Source of the DNA: Paramecium tetraurelia
Taxonomy: Eukaryota
Assembly (NCBI GenBank): GCA_000165425.1
Contig: CT868680.1
Span: 62,001-126,000, forward strand
Reading direction: 5' to 3'
Length of the DNA: 64,000 nt
In this document: in pieces, positions 39,680-53,097 of the stretch
Layout of the letters: each line of letters starts with the position of its first letter
Numbering within the stretch: the first letter of the stretch is position 1
Notes under the pieces: model-generated
Told to the model about the DNA's origin: nothing
The model's input: the letters and a program-made list of their open reading frames with translations, nothing else
Database searches by the model: none
Translations under genes and position numbers: made by a program

Positions 39680-42600
39680 ATGGATAGAGATTTTGATTCG
39701 GAATCGAATTTTGAAGAGCGACTTATTGAAGACGAGGAACGTAATGATCAGAGATATTACACGACCTAATTGCTACTTTCAATTCAAGGGTTGGGTACCT
39801 TCACCAAAGTTGATAATATGAATGTGTATGCCAAAGGAGAAAAAGCTGAAGGGGCACTAAAACACCTGTGTCAACAATGCAAAAAGGATATACCTGATAA
39901 ACCTATAGCAAGAATTTATTTGGCAAAATACAGAGTGTTTCAACTCAACTTGATCAATCTATTGACATGTTATCCCCAAGATAAGGTGCTTTCCTATTAT
40001 GTTGTTATCCTGATGGAATAATTGACGAATGTAGATAGGTCGGGCATTAAATTGCAAACTCCAAACGCCCCTCAAATGTTAGACACTCTTTAGGAATATA
40101 AACTATATTTTTTAAAACCAATCGTATTACAAACTTTGGTCAATCACTTTGCCGAATGTATTTAAGTCGACTAAGAATGTAGAACGAAAGTGCACAATGA
40201 TATGATAGAGTTGATTGTTTTGCTATTCAAGAATCTCCTCTCGATTCCTGATATCGAGGAGACCAAAATCGGACTGGAAAGTGGTAAGGAAGTCAAAAGG
40301 AATCTTCAAAGAAACTTCATCTATTGTATGATTAAGGAATCTGTGCTCTCTGCATTTATCTACATATCTCAGGATTTCAAGTCCTCATTCATGCAAAGGA
40401 TAGCCCTTCCACTCATGGAAATCTTCTATTATGCCTTAACACCCTTTGATCCAGAGTGGTTATTAAGAGATTCTGAGCAGGAGAAAGAACTCATTTTGAA
40501 ATAAGCCTAGCAGTATCGATTGCAGAAACAATAGCATTTGAGTACTATTCCAACAAGACATTCAAGATTTCCTGGGCTATTTGTTACTAAAAGAGTTCTC
40601 TCACAATCTGGATAGATCAGTAGTCAACCCTTCCATCAGCATCAAGTAAATAAATTAGCAAATCAACGATAAAAGCCTTAGGTTAGAGCACTCATATCGA
40701 AGCAGAAAACCATTTTTGTAAAGCCCTTAACTATTGATCTCTATGATCCAGAAAAGGAGAAAAACTTTAAGGAAGAATTGAGACATTCCACTATTGATTT
40801 CTTGATTCATTGTTTTAGCAAATTGATTGATCAAGCTTATATTGAAATGAACAAAGAGATCGTCGATTCTGATGACAAAGTCCATTATTTTGTTTTGATT
40901 TCGCATTTCTTAAAATTTATTAGATTTCATTGTAAATAAAATAAAGAAGACAATCAAGGACAATTGTCATCAGAATTCGTCTCTGTTTAAGCAGCTCTTC
41001 AAATTACTTAATTTAATTTCATTTATAGCAATTTGATTAATGAAAGCACCTAACTTAAAAAGAAGAATTTCAACTATAGAAATTTCTTCGCAGTTATAAA
41101 TGTCTTGTTTGAATTTCTAATGATCGTTAGAGAATTGTCACTTTCAGTTGAATAAACAGATCGAAGAAATAGTTAAATCCTTTTATAAACCATCGTTACT
41201 CAAGACATAGCCAAGGCCATATCAATTGGGTATGGGTATTGTCAATTCGGATTGTTTAATGATTAGATGTTGTCGACCTTAGTTAAGTTGACAGCCCTAT
41301 ATTATGATCTATTGGAATTGCATACCTAAGGAAAGGCATGGTCGATAAGAACAAATAAATTACTGAAGAAGAAAATAAAAAAACAATAAAATAAGGCGAA
41401 TAGAGGAAGAAAGAGAAAGTAGGATCAACCAAACGAGGAGGATAATGATTTTATTGAAAAAGGTCCAGATGAGGAACATTCAATGAGAGAAGAAGAAGAG
41501 GATGAGGAAAATGAAGAAGATGATGACGAGAATGAAACTGAAGATGATCAGCCCATTTATAAAGAAAGAAGATGTAATTTTGTATCTGAATTTGCAATCA
41601 TTGTTGACTACAAAGTGTTGGAAAAGTATTTCTATTTAATCAAAGAAGAGTAAGTTAATAATCATTATTTTTATTAGCAAATTGTTAAGAAACTCATCAG
41701 AACTTAACATAGCAATTTATAAGTATTTCAAAAGAATTGTTGATACTCTAAAAGCAGATTGGATCTTCTTTCAATTAGATTTTCTTTATGTCATCAATTC
41801 AATTATCTAAAATAAATAGTTAACAGTAAATATGTGATAATATTTGTTAGTATAAAAGTGAGTTCTTGAACTTGATCTAACTATTTAGAAGAATCGGAAT
41901 CAGTTTTGTTTAATTATTCAAAGTTAATCGATTAATGAGTGTTGAAATTCTATTCAGATTTCCCAATGCTGCAACAAAAGATTCTATTCTCAAAAACTAT
42001 CAGGATTCAGTTGCAGAAGGGGGCGCTGACTTAGAAAATTATCAATAAGAAGGTCCTAAAAAGAAAGTCATTTGGACATAGAAGGAAGATAAGATTTTAA
42101 TTGAAAATTATGAAAAGTACAAGGATTGTGAATAGCCTGAAGAATAATTGAGTCTTTTACTCAGTTAGAATGGTTTCACTATAAAATCTCCTGCTGAAAT
42201 AAGAAAGAGAATTCGAAAATTTAGATTGGAAGAGGGAAATGAAAAAGCCATAGCATTGTATCAATAATAATATGAGATGATTTCCATGAAGAAGGTTGAA
42301 ATCATGGCCAAGAGTGTTAAGAGTCTCTTATAGGAAGTTGGAGAAGAAAGCTTAAATTAGTTTTTCAATCACTTGTTTTCAACATTAGAGAACTATGTTG
42401 ATTACAGAGGATAAGAGTAATAATATTGTGTTATGCTTAAGATCCATTGAAATGCCAATCCCACCATTAGATAAATTACAATTTGAGTTTTTTGAAAAAG
42501 GATCTGTTCAGGCGATCTTCTTGGGTTTGGATCTGAAACCTCCATCTTAAGGGGAAATCTATTGGAGATTATAAACACACACTTTTCGTCCAGAAATCAA

Positions 42601-42967
42601 TGAAATGAGAAGCATGCTTACTAAATATCTTGAAAAGGCTAAGAAGATTGATGATGATTAAATTATTGAAGAGTTTCAACCGCTATAAATTAATTCATAG
42701 AAGAAATAATTGGATTCAAAAAAGAAGGTTATTGAAAATATATCTGCTTACGCTGAAGATGAATTAGATGATGAGAATGAGCAGTAAGGATCAGATAAGA
42801 AGGTTGTAGAGAAGAAAATGAAATTAGATAAAAAATCAAAAGATTTGGATTCAGAAGAGGAAAGATAAATATATGAAAAATATATGGAACAGTAAGCGCA
42901 GAATGAATAGATATAAAGAGATGTAGAAAATAAAAGTAAAGATAATTACGATGATATTTTTGATTGA
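39680..42967 (+). CDS. Timeless/Tof1/Swi1 replication-fork protection protein
   Basis: IQGLG...YAKGEKAEGALKHL, IELIVLLFKNLLSIPD, PTRHSRFPGLF, Myb-like WTQKEDKILIENY. Confidence 0.88.
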
Positions 42968-43059
42968 CTTTTGTATATTTTCTTTTTTATTACGTATAAC
43001 ATTTATAGTAATAAATACTATCATTTTATAATATATTCATATAGTATTGAGCATAACTA

Positions 43060-44050
43060 AATACTTTGAGTTACATATTCATAATCTAGAGAAGAAGATG
43101 TAACAGAAGGTAAATATTTATAATAACCACAAAAGATATCACAAATTAGATCTAAATAAGGGAAGTATCCAAAAAGTAGGATTATTTGTTTTGGATAAAG
43201 ATAATGAAAGGTTCTTAAAAATCGGATGTATACTCATAATGGATAAGTTTGGTAAGAAGACTATGAAGATTAAGTAATTTCAGATGGTAAATTGACTCAA
43301 GGATTTGTTAAAAATATCAATTTTTAAGATTTGATTGAAAAAATTAAGATAAAAGAGAGTGCCAAATGGAATCAAGTATTTTTATATGGTTTTAAAACTA
43401 AAGATATCGTAGTATAATTATTATTTGAATTAAAAGTTATATGATCTATCTTTTGCTTTAAGCCCTATTAAAAGTTTATACTGGCTCCTAATTTTCATCT
43501 AAAATTATGTAAAATACATGTACCTCAATAATAACAATAAATATTTCATATATGAAGAGATTCAATTAAAAGTATTATTGAGTTGTTGCAAGGAAATAAC
43601 ATTTAACGAATTAAAATCTAACGCTGAGACAATATTTAAGCCCAAACTTATAAGTATTTAGATATGATAAATTAGGAATTAAGAACTTCCTTTGCAGAAT
43701 AGGGTAGAAAGCAAAAGAGAGGGAAATAGATAGATAAAATTCAAAGGTTACTAATAAGTAAGATGAAATAGTTTAAGTAAAAGAAGTGATACTTATTAAC
43801 GTAGTAAAAATTAAAAAAAACAACAATGAAGAATATTGAAAATATTTCAAATTAGAATAGTGATGATCGATAATGCATAAGTGGAGGCTCAATATTGAAA
43901 GAAATTAAGATTTACTTTACTATTTTGTGTTATGTTCATGAAGGTGTAATCATCTATAATAAATTTCTAACAGTTAGAAATTAAATAAGGAGAAGAAAGT
44001 GGAAAACGAAAAGAAGAGAGATTAGACATAGTACAGAGGATGAATTAATG
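43060..44050 (+). pseudogene. Possible decayed gene
   Basis: Purine-rich coding-like sequence with protein-like segments in shifting frames, in-frame TGAs and no clear start. Confidence 0.35.
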
Positions 44051-44084
44051 ATATTTATATGTTATATTATTAAAACAAATAACT

Positions 44085-45061
44085 TCATCTAAGACATGCA
44101 ATTAATACCATTAAGATATGTGCAAATAGATACACAATATCAATATAAATTATCATTGATCCTATGATATAATCATCAATGGACAATTTGTGAGTCTAAT
44201 ACATATATTTTATAAATATATTACACTTCCCCCCAAAATTAATTATGTATCATAGATTAAATAAGCTCCAAACAGAAGGCAACAAAGTAATGAGTAGAGA
44301 AGATTAATGACATTTTGATAGTAAACACCAGCCATAATTCCAAAGAGTAACAAAGATGTAACACACATAAACAATAGAGCTCCTTTAGTAGTAAAATCTG
44401 ACTTGGTTTTGCAAGCGTATATCGTTAGTCCTATCACGGCAGCCAATGATAGACTAGCAGCCATCAATACAATGAATCCTAGATAGGATACTGAGAATTA
44501 CCTCCATTATCACTATACCTATCAAAAACATAACTGCACAGATTTGATATTAGATAACCTTCACAGAGTGTAAAAATAAACAGTAAGATGTAATTGTAGG
44601 GAACTCTCCAAGCAAATTTGGGAACGCAAAAGAGTAGCAATTCTATAAATATTGATATTCCTAAGGCCAGATAAGCAAAACCACTATGGTCTAGTTAGAA
44701 CCTCCTATAATCAAGTGACAAGTAAGAGATTAAACACATGATCATGGTTAGAAACAATTAAATAATCATAATTGAATAGACCTTCTAATTTAAAATACAA
44801 TACTTTTTTTATGAATCCAGTTCTCTCATTTCCAATAAGTTATTTGTAGGTTTCGTTCTTAGCATACCATCTAGAATCATTTTGAGAACTAGTATCATCC
44901 TCAATAGCCACTTAAACATGTTAAGGATACTGAACACTCCCTCTTGGTTCGCTAATTTTTGTAGCCATGTATTTCAAGTCTCGATGATCTTTTTATGGTT
45001 CTGCATGATGCTTCCCATAATCAATGGGGCTAATCTGGTCATCTTGTTAATTTTCAATCAT
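44085..45061 (-). CDS. Bax inhibitor-1 / lifeguard (TMBIM) family protein
   Basis: RTGFIKKVYSIMIIQL, VPYNYILLFIFT, TKSDFT, YLIYDTQLILG, SIDDYIIGSMIIYIDIV. Confidence 0.93.
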
Positions 45062-46025
45062 TGATTAATAAAATATTTAATATCAAAACTGAAAAACACC
45101 TGTATCACTATTCAATTACTTGAGCAAGTATAAATTCAATCCATTAAGCTGATTCTTGGGATCTCATTCTATAAATAGAGTAAGAGTACTGAAAATTTGG
45201 GTTTCTTGAATGTTTTACTGTATTCAATTTAAGTCATCAATTTTTCAATGCAATTTTAAATAAAATATATCCCTAACTTTTGCAATAGTGTAATTTAAAA
45301 TTTACTATATTATCTATTGCTCTTTCATAATTTATGATATTTGAAGTATGTAAATTTAATACATTATTACCAATATTATAGGAGTAAAACAAATACTAAT
45401 TGAGATAATAAACATTTCATTAAAATAAATCAAATTGAAAACTTCTTTTTAATTTATTCTTTTTAGTTTAAACTAAGACAGTGAAGATTTAGAAGGAGAA
45501 ACTACTTTGTTTCTATTATTGAAACTATCGTATTTATTAGGATATATTATATTAATCTTAAACAGTATATATAAATGCTAATCAATAGCAGAATAGTTGA
45601 TAATCTTCAAATGTCTTCCATTAGGCTTGAAGAAATCAATAATATATAAGGAATGATCGTTTTAAGTAGTATTCTTCTTATGTATCACTCAATATAATTC
45701 ATCTCTTAATTTATTTACCTTATATTTGAATGAAAACATAACCATTCTTAATCAATATCGTAACATTGAAAGATATTCAAATTAAAAATATTATTAGATA
45801 GGATAAAATTGTTTAGTGTTTAGTATAAGAATATAGTAAGGCATATAATAATTTCAATTATCATATATATATATTTTGGATATCGTGAATTCTATTATAG
45901 AAATCTGAATATTTATGAGGCACATAAGGGTAAAAACAATTAGAGAGTGTGGGGAATTATGCTTAATATTATACTTCTTTTTAATTATTTGTGTAAAGCC
46001 CGTTTTTATTAATATTAATAAAATA

Positions 46026-47186
46026 ATGAAAGCTATCCTCATATTGGGATTGTTAGTTTTTGGAATTACTGCAGTTGAATTAGAAGCAGGAGTGCCAATC
46101 TTACTAAAAGAGATCAAAGCAATCAAGACTGATCATACTGATTTCACATTTTTATTAGATTTAGAACTCAGCCAAGGAGGCAAGGTTTCTGAAGTAGTTG
46201 CTTTGGTTGGTGATTTGTTAGAGTAAATGAAGAGAGATCAATTAAATGATGATCTTGAATATGCTCATGTAAATAATTGAAGATGTATATTTGTTTAGAG
46301 AACAACTACCCTTGGATTGGATATCGAATGGCTTGTTATAGTTTTAAGAAACCTCACAAAGGAGAGACAGGATAAAAATAATTAATTAAGTGAAGTCAAT
46401 CAAGTTCTAGTTGGATTATAATAGTAATTGGATGCACTTACAGAATAATTGAATATATTGAATGGAAAGGAAGAGCAACTCAGATAAACAAGAGCTGAAG
46501 AAGCCGCCTCATATTAGACTAGATAGGAGAACAATGGCAAAGTGTTGGCAGCTTTAAATGAAATAATTCCAAAATTATAAGTTGCAGTGTTTGATCAAGA
46601 AGGAAAATCGTTATTATAAACAGAATAATTCGAAATTGTCGAAAAGATCAAGAGAGAATTGGGTCACAATCACCCAATTGCAATCATGGTTTCATTGACA
46701 ACAAAATTCGATGTTTCAACAGTCAAAAGAATCATAGACAAATTGGAACATATCAGAAATGCAGTAATTTCCTTGATGTAATAGGAAGACGAACAAGAGA
46801 CTTAAAGTTAGGTATGATATTGATTTAAGCAATTTAAGATCACATTCTAAACCTAAATTCAGGAGGTTGCTGAATTAAGAGAGAAATTCTCCAAAGACTT
46901 TGAAGTCACCTCACAACTAATCAAGAAGAGAACCAACGATAAAGTAAATGATGAATTGATAAATAGGTTCTTTTAGAGAAAAGATTGACTATAATTAATA
47001 GAGATTTGAGTTTGACTGAACAATTACTTATTTAGACCAGAGAGTACAAAGAATAATACGATGCTGCCTATGCTGTCAGAAAAGGAAAAAGGTATCGAGT
47101 TAATCTTAATGCTTAGAATTTCTGAAATCAAAACAGTGTAATAGGCTTACGATTTGGTGGAGAATCATGCTAGGAAACACAAGTGA
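46026..47186 (+). CDS. Trichocyst matrix protein (TMP)-like precursor
   Basis: Signal peptide MKAILILGLLVFGITA, LELSQGGKVSEVVALVGDLLEQMKRDQLNDD, RAEEAASY, TVKRIIDKLEHIR; several tiny introns. Confidence 0.8.
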
Positions 47187-47266
47187 TGATTTATAATAAG
47201 ATATATTTTACAATATGTTGATTATGAATAGTCTTGTAAATTATAGATATTTATAAATTTTAATTG

Positions 47267-48155
47267 ATGTGCTTGCCCCTAAAGTTTATTCAATTGTTTA
47301 TCAGAATAAATTGCTTTTGCTTTATTATTTTGGGGATTGTGCTAATCTCCTAAGTATTCGTGACATTGAGTCAAGGCGTAAGTAGTGATGGCGAAGTATT
47401 CAATTAAGGATTATATTCTTAGGGAATTGTATTTACATTTTCAGTAGGACTAGCTGTTGTTATTGTGGGAGCATCTGGGTTGTTGAGTTCGTATTGTCCA
47501 AACTTCTGTATAATTTTCATTTATTCTTGCTTTATCATTTTCATTGGAGTTTTGACAGCCTATATCACAATTTCATTAACCATTTTAAAAAATTAGTTGT
47601 TGAATAATAAATTTGATTGTAAGACATCTCAATTACCTGCTGCTGAGAAAACAAAGGAGTAAATTTTATGGGCGGAAACTCAATTTTGTAAATATGACTG
47701 CATTTGTTATATCGAGAAAATCCAAGACTGGAATTCTGACTACCTGGAGAATAATCGCATACATTATACAACCAATAGACAAATCAGTGATATAACACAA
47801 TATTAAAAATGCAAAAAGTGGATTAAAATTGATGGAGCTTCATATTCTTACATTGCATATCTGGAGGAAAAATATAGTTGTTCTGGATGGTGCAAATCTC
47901 ATCCAGTCTACCTTTTTTCAAACATCAATAATGGGATCCCGTATTTATATTTTTAATATAAGAAAAGATGCTTGTTATCCATACTTTGAATAAGAATACG
48001 AGTATTATGTGAACAAGTCTTACATCGATTATTTAATAGTGGATTTTCTCTATCTATTTAATTTATGCTTTGCCATATGCTAATGCTATTAGACTAGTAG
48101 AAATAAAAAGTCTAGAATCTATCCTCAGATTCTTTATGAGCTTGCCCCATAATGA
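47267..48155 (+). CDS. Ciliate tetraspanin-family protein
   Basis: Three N-terminal TM segments, Cys-rich loop FCKYDCIC...LEEKYSCSGWC...YLFSNINNGIPKDAC, fourth TM near the C-terminus. Confidence 0.82.
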
Positions 48156-48264
48156 ATATTGTAAACTGTACTTTCTATATAAAAATAAGAATAAAGAATT
48201 ATTTATTGAATTAGGTTAATATCTTTTTGAATAATATTATTTATTTATACAAATTTTCACATAA

Positions 48265-49427
48265 ATGTATTTTTATGACTATAACCCCATCTTGATTGCT
48301 CAATTTTGTTGCATAGCAATGAGCTTATTGTCAGTTATCGGAGTCATCATTGTATTTATCTTAGGCAAAGGTTGGAGATATTTCATTGTTATGTAAATTT
48401 AAAATTTATAATTAGCCTCTTCTTTACTCAAATCATTTGTATGCTATTTTTCTATGTACCACAAGTATTAACACCATTCATTTTTTATGATGAAAGCGAA
48501 TCAACGGAAAATGATTTTTGTTAATTTAAACAGAACAACGAGAATGATCAACAATGCATACAACAGACATGTAATATTAAAATATTCTATGCGAGTTTGT
48601 AAATTGTAAGGCTACTTTATCAATTCATCCTTTTTGGCATCCACATTGATTTCCTTATATTCATCCTATATCATTTAGTAAACATTAAATCCGAATTCTT
48701 AAATTGGAAAAAAAGTTAAATAAATTTATTGGATACATTTTGGAATTGGGATATTCACATTTACCATATGCATACCAATGCTATTTAAAGCGCAATACAA
48801 TCATTATGGAACCTCTTGGGGCAACTAACTAATATACTACGTTTGCAATCTAGAAATTGAGTCAGATCATTTGTACACTTAAACTGTATTTTGGTTATAA
48901 ACAACTATTACGACTGCGCTGATCTTAGTAGGAATTAAATTTCATTGGTCTGCGAAGAAATTGAAATCTAAAATTAGAACTAATTTTGTTGGGGAATTCG
49001 ACGCCTGTTCCTCATTAAATCTCTACATATTACCTATAACTCTACTTATATTTTGGACAATTAATGTGATGTAGAAACTCATTGATTTCAAATCAGATTA
49101 CATTAGATAATCTGGATATGCAATATAAGCCATTTGGTTCTTACCATAACTCTTATTGGCACTCCAAGGATTTAATTATGCCTCTCTATTTTTTTATGCA
49201 TTCTATTTATAATTAGTGCCGAACCTTCCGAAGTCATTACAAAGCACTTACTTGTTCTTCGCTAAAATAAGTTTTTATAATTGTATATATGGGAGAATCG
49301 CTGTATTTAATTAAAGTAATTTTAGGAATCTAAAATACTAAAAGATTCTCTTCTTTATGAAGCTGACTCTGCCAAGGACAGTACATCATCTTATATACAG
49401 AAGGATGATTCATCAACAAATCGATGA
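48265..49427 (+). CDS. 7TM GPCR-like protein (cAMP-receptor-like/GCR1 type)
   Basis: About seven hydrophobic segments; FCKLQGYFINSSFLAS (TM3), LYILPITLLIFWT (TM6), LQGFNYASLF (TM7). Confidence 0.75.
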
Positions 49428-49456
49428 TAAATTTTAGATACTAATTGATTTTATAT

Positions 49457-50146
49457 TCAGATAAACAATTGTTTTATTTTCTTAACTTTTGTGGCCTCAT
49501 CGTCTTCTGTGTTATTAACTATTTCTGTTATTGATGACAATTGTGGTGTTTTGGTTAGGTCAGTACTCTCATGATTTCTTCTCTAATTTTAAGCTTTAGA
49601 GGATGATCTTTTCACTAATACAGATTGGGGTGAAACCTTCGAGTCTTCAAGGTTGGTTTTATCTTTAAGTGCAGAAACAGGTTTCCTATTTTGAGTAATT
49701 ATTATTTTTTTTTCTTCTCCCTTTCTGAAATCTAATGGATCATATCCAGTTCTCTTCTCTGCCTATTTATCGAATTTGGTTTTGAAAAATATTGCGAGAT
49801 CTAATAGGTCTTAGTATCTTGCTTTGGATAAATTTTAAATCTAGAATTTGAAGTAAAATTTACATCGAAAGACTTTGAAATATTAAGTTTTGTAAAAGCC
49901 TCAGCTAGAGTCTTGAAGTTTTTGATGAATTCCACTTCAGTATTCGCTTTCCAAACCACTTTATTTGACTAAATGGAATTAGGGTAGAAGTATTCAAAAA
50001 TTTAACAAAATATGCAACCTGTGCCAAGTGCTTCTAATTAAGTAATGGTTAACTTATATATGGTATTAAATAAGTACTTTAAATGTTTCATTTATCCATT
50101 TGATCAAATCATTTTTGGAAGTGGTCCAATTAGTGGTTGCTGACAT
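49457..50146 (-). CDS. EB1/MAPRE-like calponin-homology protein
   Basis: SKNDLIKWINETF, LEALGTGCIFCQIF, KVVWKANTEVEFIKNFKTL, KARYQD, YDPLDFR. Confidence 0.85.
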
Positions 50147-50365
50147 TTAATTTTAAAATTATAATAATTTCAATATGACTTCAAATTTAAGTAAATTTTA
50201 TAAAGTAGTTCATATTAATTATGGATAATTTATGAAATCATATATCATACGTTCCTTTTTAAACTTTAGCCAATCATAACGAATTATGGCAAGAGTCAGA
50301 GTTTCTAGCCCAAAAAATAAATAGTTATAAAAAACCTTGTATATTTATGATATTTTATTTATATT

Positions 50366-52517
50366 TCATAATTTGGCATCTTAGTACATTTTCTCAATTT
50401 CATTAATCCATTTTTATTCAACCACTCTTCTTTTTAATTTGAGAGTTGGAGTCAACTCACCTCCATCAACGCTAAAATCGCTAGGAATAAGAGTCCATTT
50501 TCTGATGTATTAGGCTTTGGAAATGACTCTAATGTATAACTAAGATTGATTACCTGGTATTTGCATCATCAACAAGCTTCTATAAATAGGTTGTGATGAT
50601 AGGGTCCTTTTTGGCTTCTTCAAAGGTAGTTGCATTAGAGCCAAGTTACTGGAAGGCTTAGATTACATCATCAAGTAACTTATTAGTTGGTCTATAAATC
50701 ATAGTTAATAAATTACGTTCCATCAGGTTTCAATTAATGTTTTAAAGTTAATAAGATGGTAAGATATTTTCTTTTATCACCAATAACCATACAATTTGAA
50801 ATAATGGGAATTGTCTTTTTGAATTCATTCTCAATCAGAACAGGTGCCACATTCTCTCCACCTGCAGTGATAATTAATTCTTTGATTCTTCCAGTAATAG
50901 TGAGATTTCCCTTGCTGTCTAATTTACCTATATCACCAGAATGCAACCACCTGTCCTTATCAACTGTATTTCTTGTTGATTCTTCATCCTTAAAGTACCC
51001 CATGAAGATATGTCTTCCTCTATAGCAAACCTCTCCATTTCCATCTTTGTCTGGCTAATCGATTTTCAACTCAGTTCCCTCCATAGTTTTACCTGTGCTG
51101 TTCATAAAGAAGTCATCAAATTTATCAAAGTGCAAAGGATCTGCTAAAGTAGTCACTCCACCACATTCACTCATACCATATCCATTGATCAAATACATAT
51201 TCAAAGATAAGAAATACTCTCTGATAACAGGGGACAATGGAGCTGCTCCAAAGATCAGATATTTAGCTTAATCCAATCCCAATGCCTTTTTAACATTATT
51301 GTACACCAATTTGTCCGCCAATCCAAAACAAAGAGGAGGCTTCTATCCGTGAGTTAATGCAAAGGTTCCCTCCTTTCCTATGGATTTGGCCCATGTTGCA
51401 ATCTTAGTTTTGATTGCCCCATTAGATTTAGCAATCATTTGCATTTAATCGTATATCTTCTCCCATACTCTAGGAACACTAAAGAAAACGGTTGGTCTCA
51501 CTTCCTTAAGAGTATTAATGAGTGTACCAGACAAGGCATCTGGATTTGCAAAGTAGATATGTGCACCCCAACGACAACTTCCAACTATATCAATCAACTA
51601 TCCTGCAACATGACTTAGTGGGAGGTAACTCACAATTCTCATCTCTTCATTATCTAGGAATTAGTATTTCTTTCTCTATTGTGTTATTGTGAAAATGTAA
51701 TTGTCATGTGACAACATCACTCCCTTAGGATTACCAGTTGTTCCTGATGTGTATATCAATGTCACACAATTTCCAGGACGTAATTACGAAACTCTCTCCA
51801 CCACCTAATTTATCAATTCAGGCTTTTTTCCGAATTCCAAAAAGTCCTTCCATTTAAATATCTAGGATCTTCTTTATTCACTAATTCCTTCTTTTGGTAT
51901 CTCATCATTATATATTACTACTCCTTTCAGTTTTGGCAATTTGTCCCATATTTATAAATATTTATTCAATTACTCTCTTGTATCTACCACTACAAGTTCG
52001 CATTCTGAATGTTCTGACACATAGAAACAGGCCTCAGGGTTATTACTATCCTATAACAATAAGACTTTACGTTGTGTAAATACCAACTGGCAAGTTGTGT
52101 GAATGTATACTACCCATGAAAGAGATGAACCACTCTGGAGCATTGAAACCAATGATGTTGACTGCACTCATCTCACTTACTCCATATGCTATCAAAGCCT
52201 TTGCAAATTACAATGATTCATTGTAATAATCCTAATATGTCCTTGTGATCCTAATCATATCTCAAATTACATTCTTACCATTTATTATTCCTCTTTACAC
52301 TTAGAGCTGGCTTCTTTGCAAATTAAGAGCAGTCCATTTTAAATTGTTCTGGAAGAGTTATTGGTACTTCACTTCCTGCTCCAGATTTTCTCACTCTCAA
52401 TGGTAACTCCATTCTATAATTAGTTGTCCATAAGATATTCTTAAGAGGGTCCTTTGGGTCGAACACTTTAAGAATGTGTTTCATTCCTTCCTCAGATATG
52501 TACACTTACTCTTCCAT
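50366..52517 (-). CDS. Long-chain fatty acid-CoA ligase (ACSBG type) with C-terminal AKL
   Basis: [72 protein letters not shown]; ends QDAKL-TGA. Confidence 0.96.
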
Positions 52518-53097
52518 AAAGATTTTAATAATAATGATTTTGTAATTACACACTATTGTTGTTAATTAATATCTTAGAATATCACAAAGCCTTAATGTTG
52601 TGACGTATTTCAATACAAATTTCGTTACGTTTTTGTAAGAAATCCCCTTCAATGCACATTCAAAGCTCTAAGATCAGATTTTTGTTGATTTTATGAATAC
52701 TAAAAATTTAAATATTCCACAATAATTATAATTAAATTATATGAATTTTAACATGGATACATCTTTTTAGAAACTATGACACCCTCTTTTTTAATAAATG
52801 TGTTATTTTTTATTAAAAAATGATTCAAGAAACTAATGCTTAATCTTGGCACATATCAATTGGCACCTTTATTTTAAAATCTAATAGGTACTTTATATAA
52901 AATAATCTAAAATTCTTATATAATCTCCAAGAAAATTAAATACATATCAAAATTCTAAAATTCCTTTGAATAATTAGTTTAAGATGTATTATTATTTTGA
53001 TTCTTAAAATATCAATTTTTAGAATACTATGTATGTAGCACTTGATTAATGAAAGAATCACATAGAAAATGTTGATTAAATTTGTAAAAATAATAAA

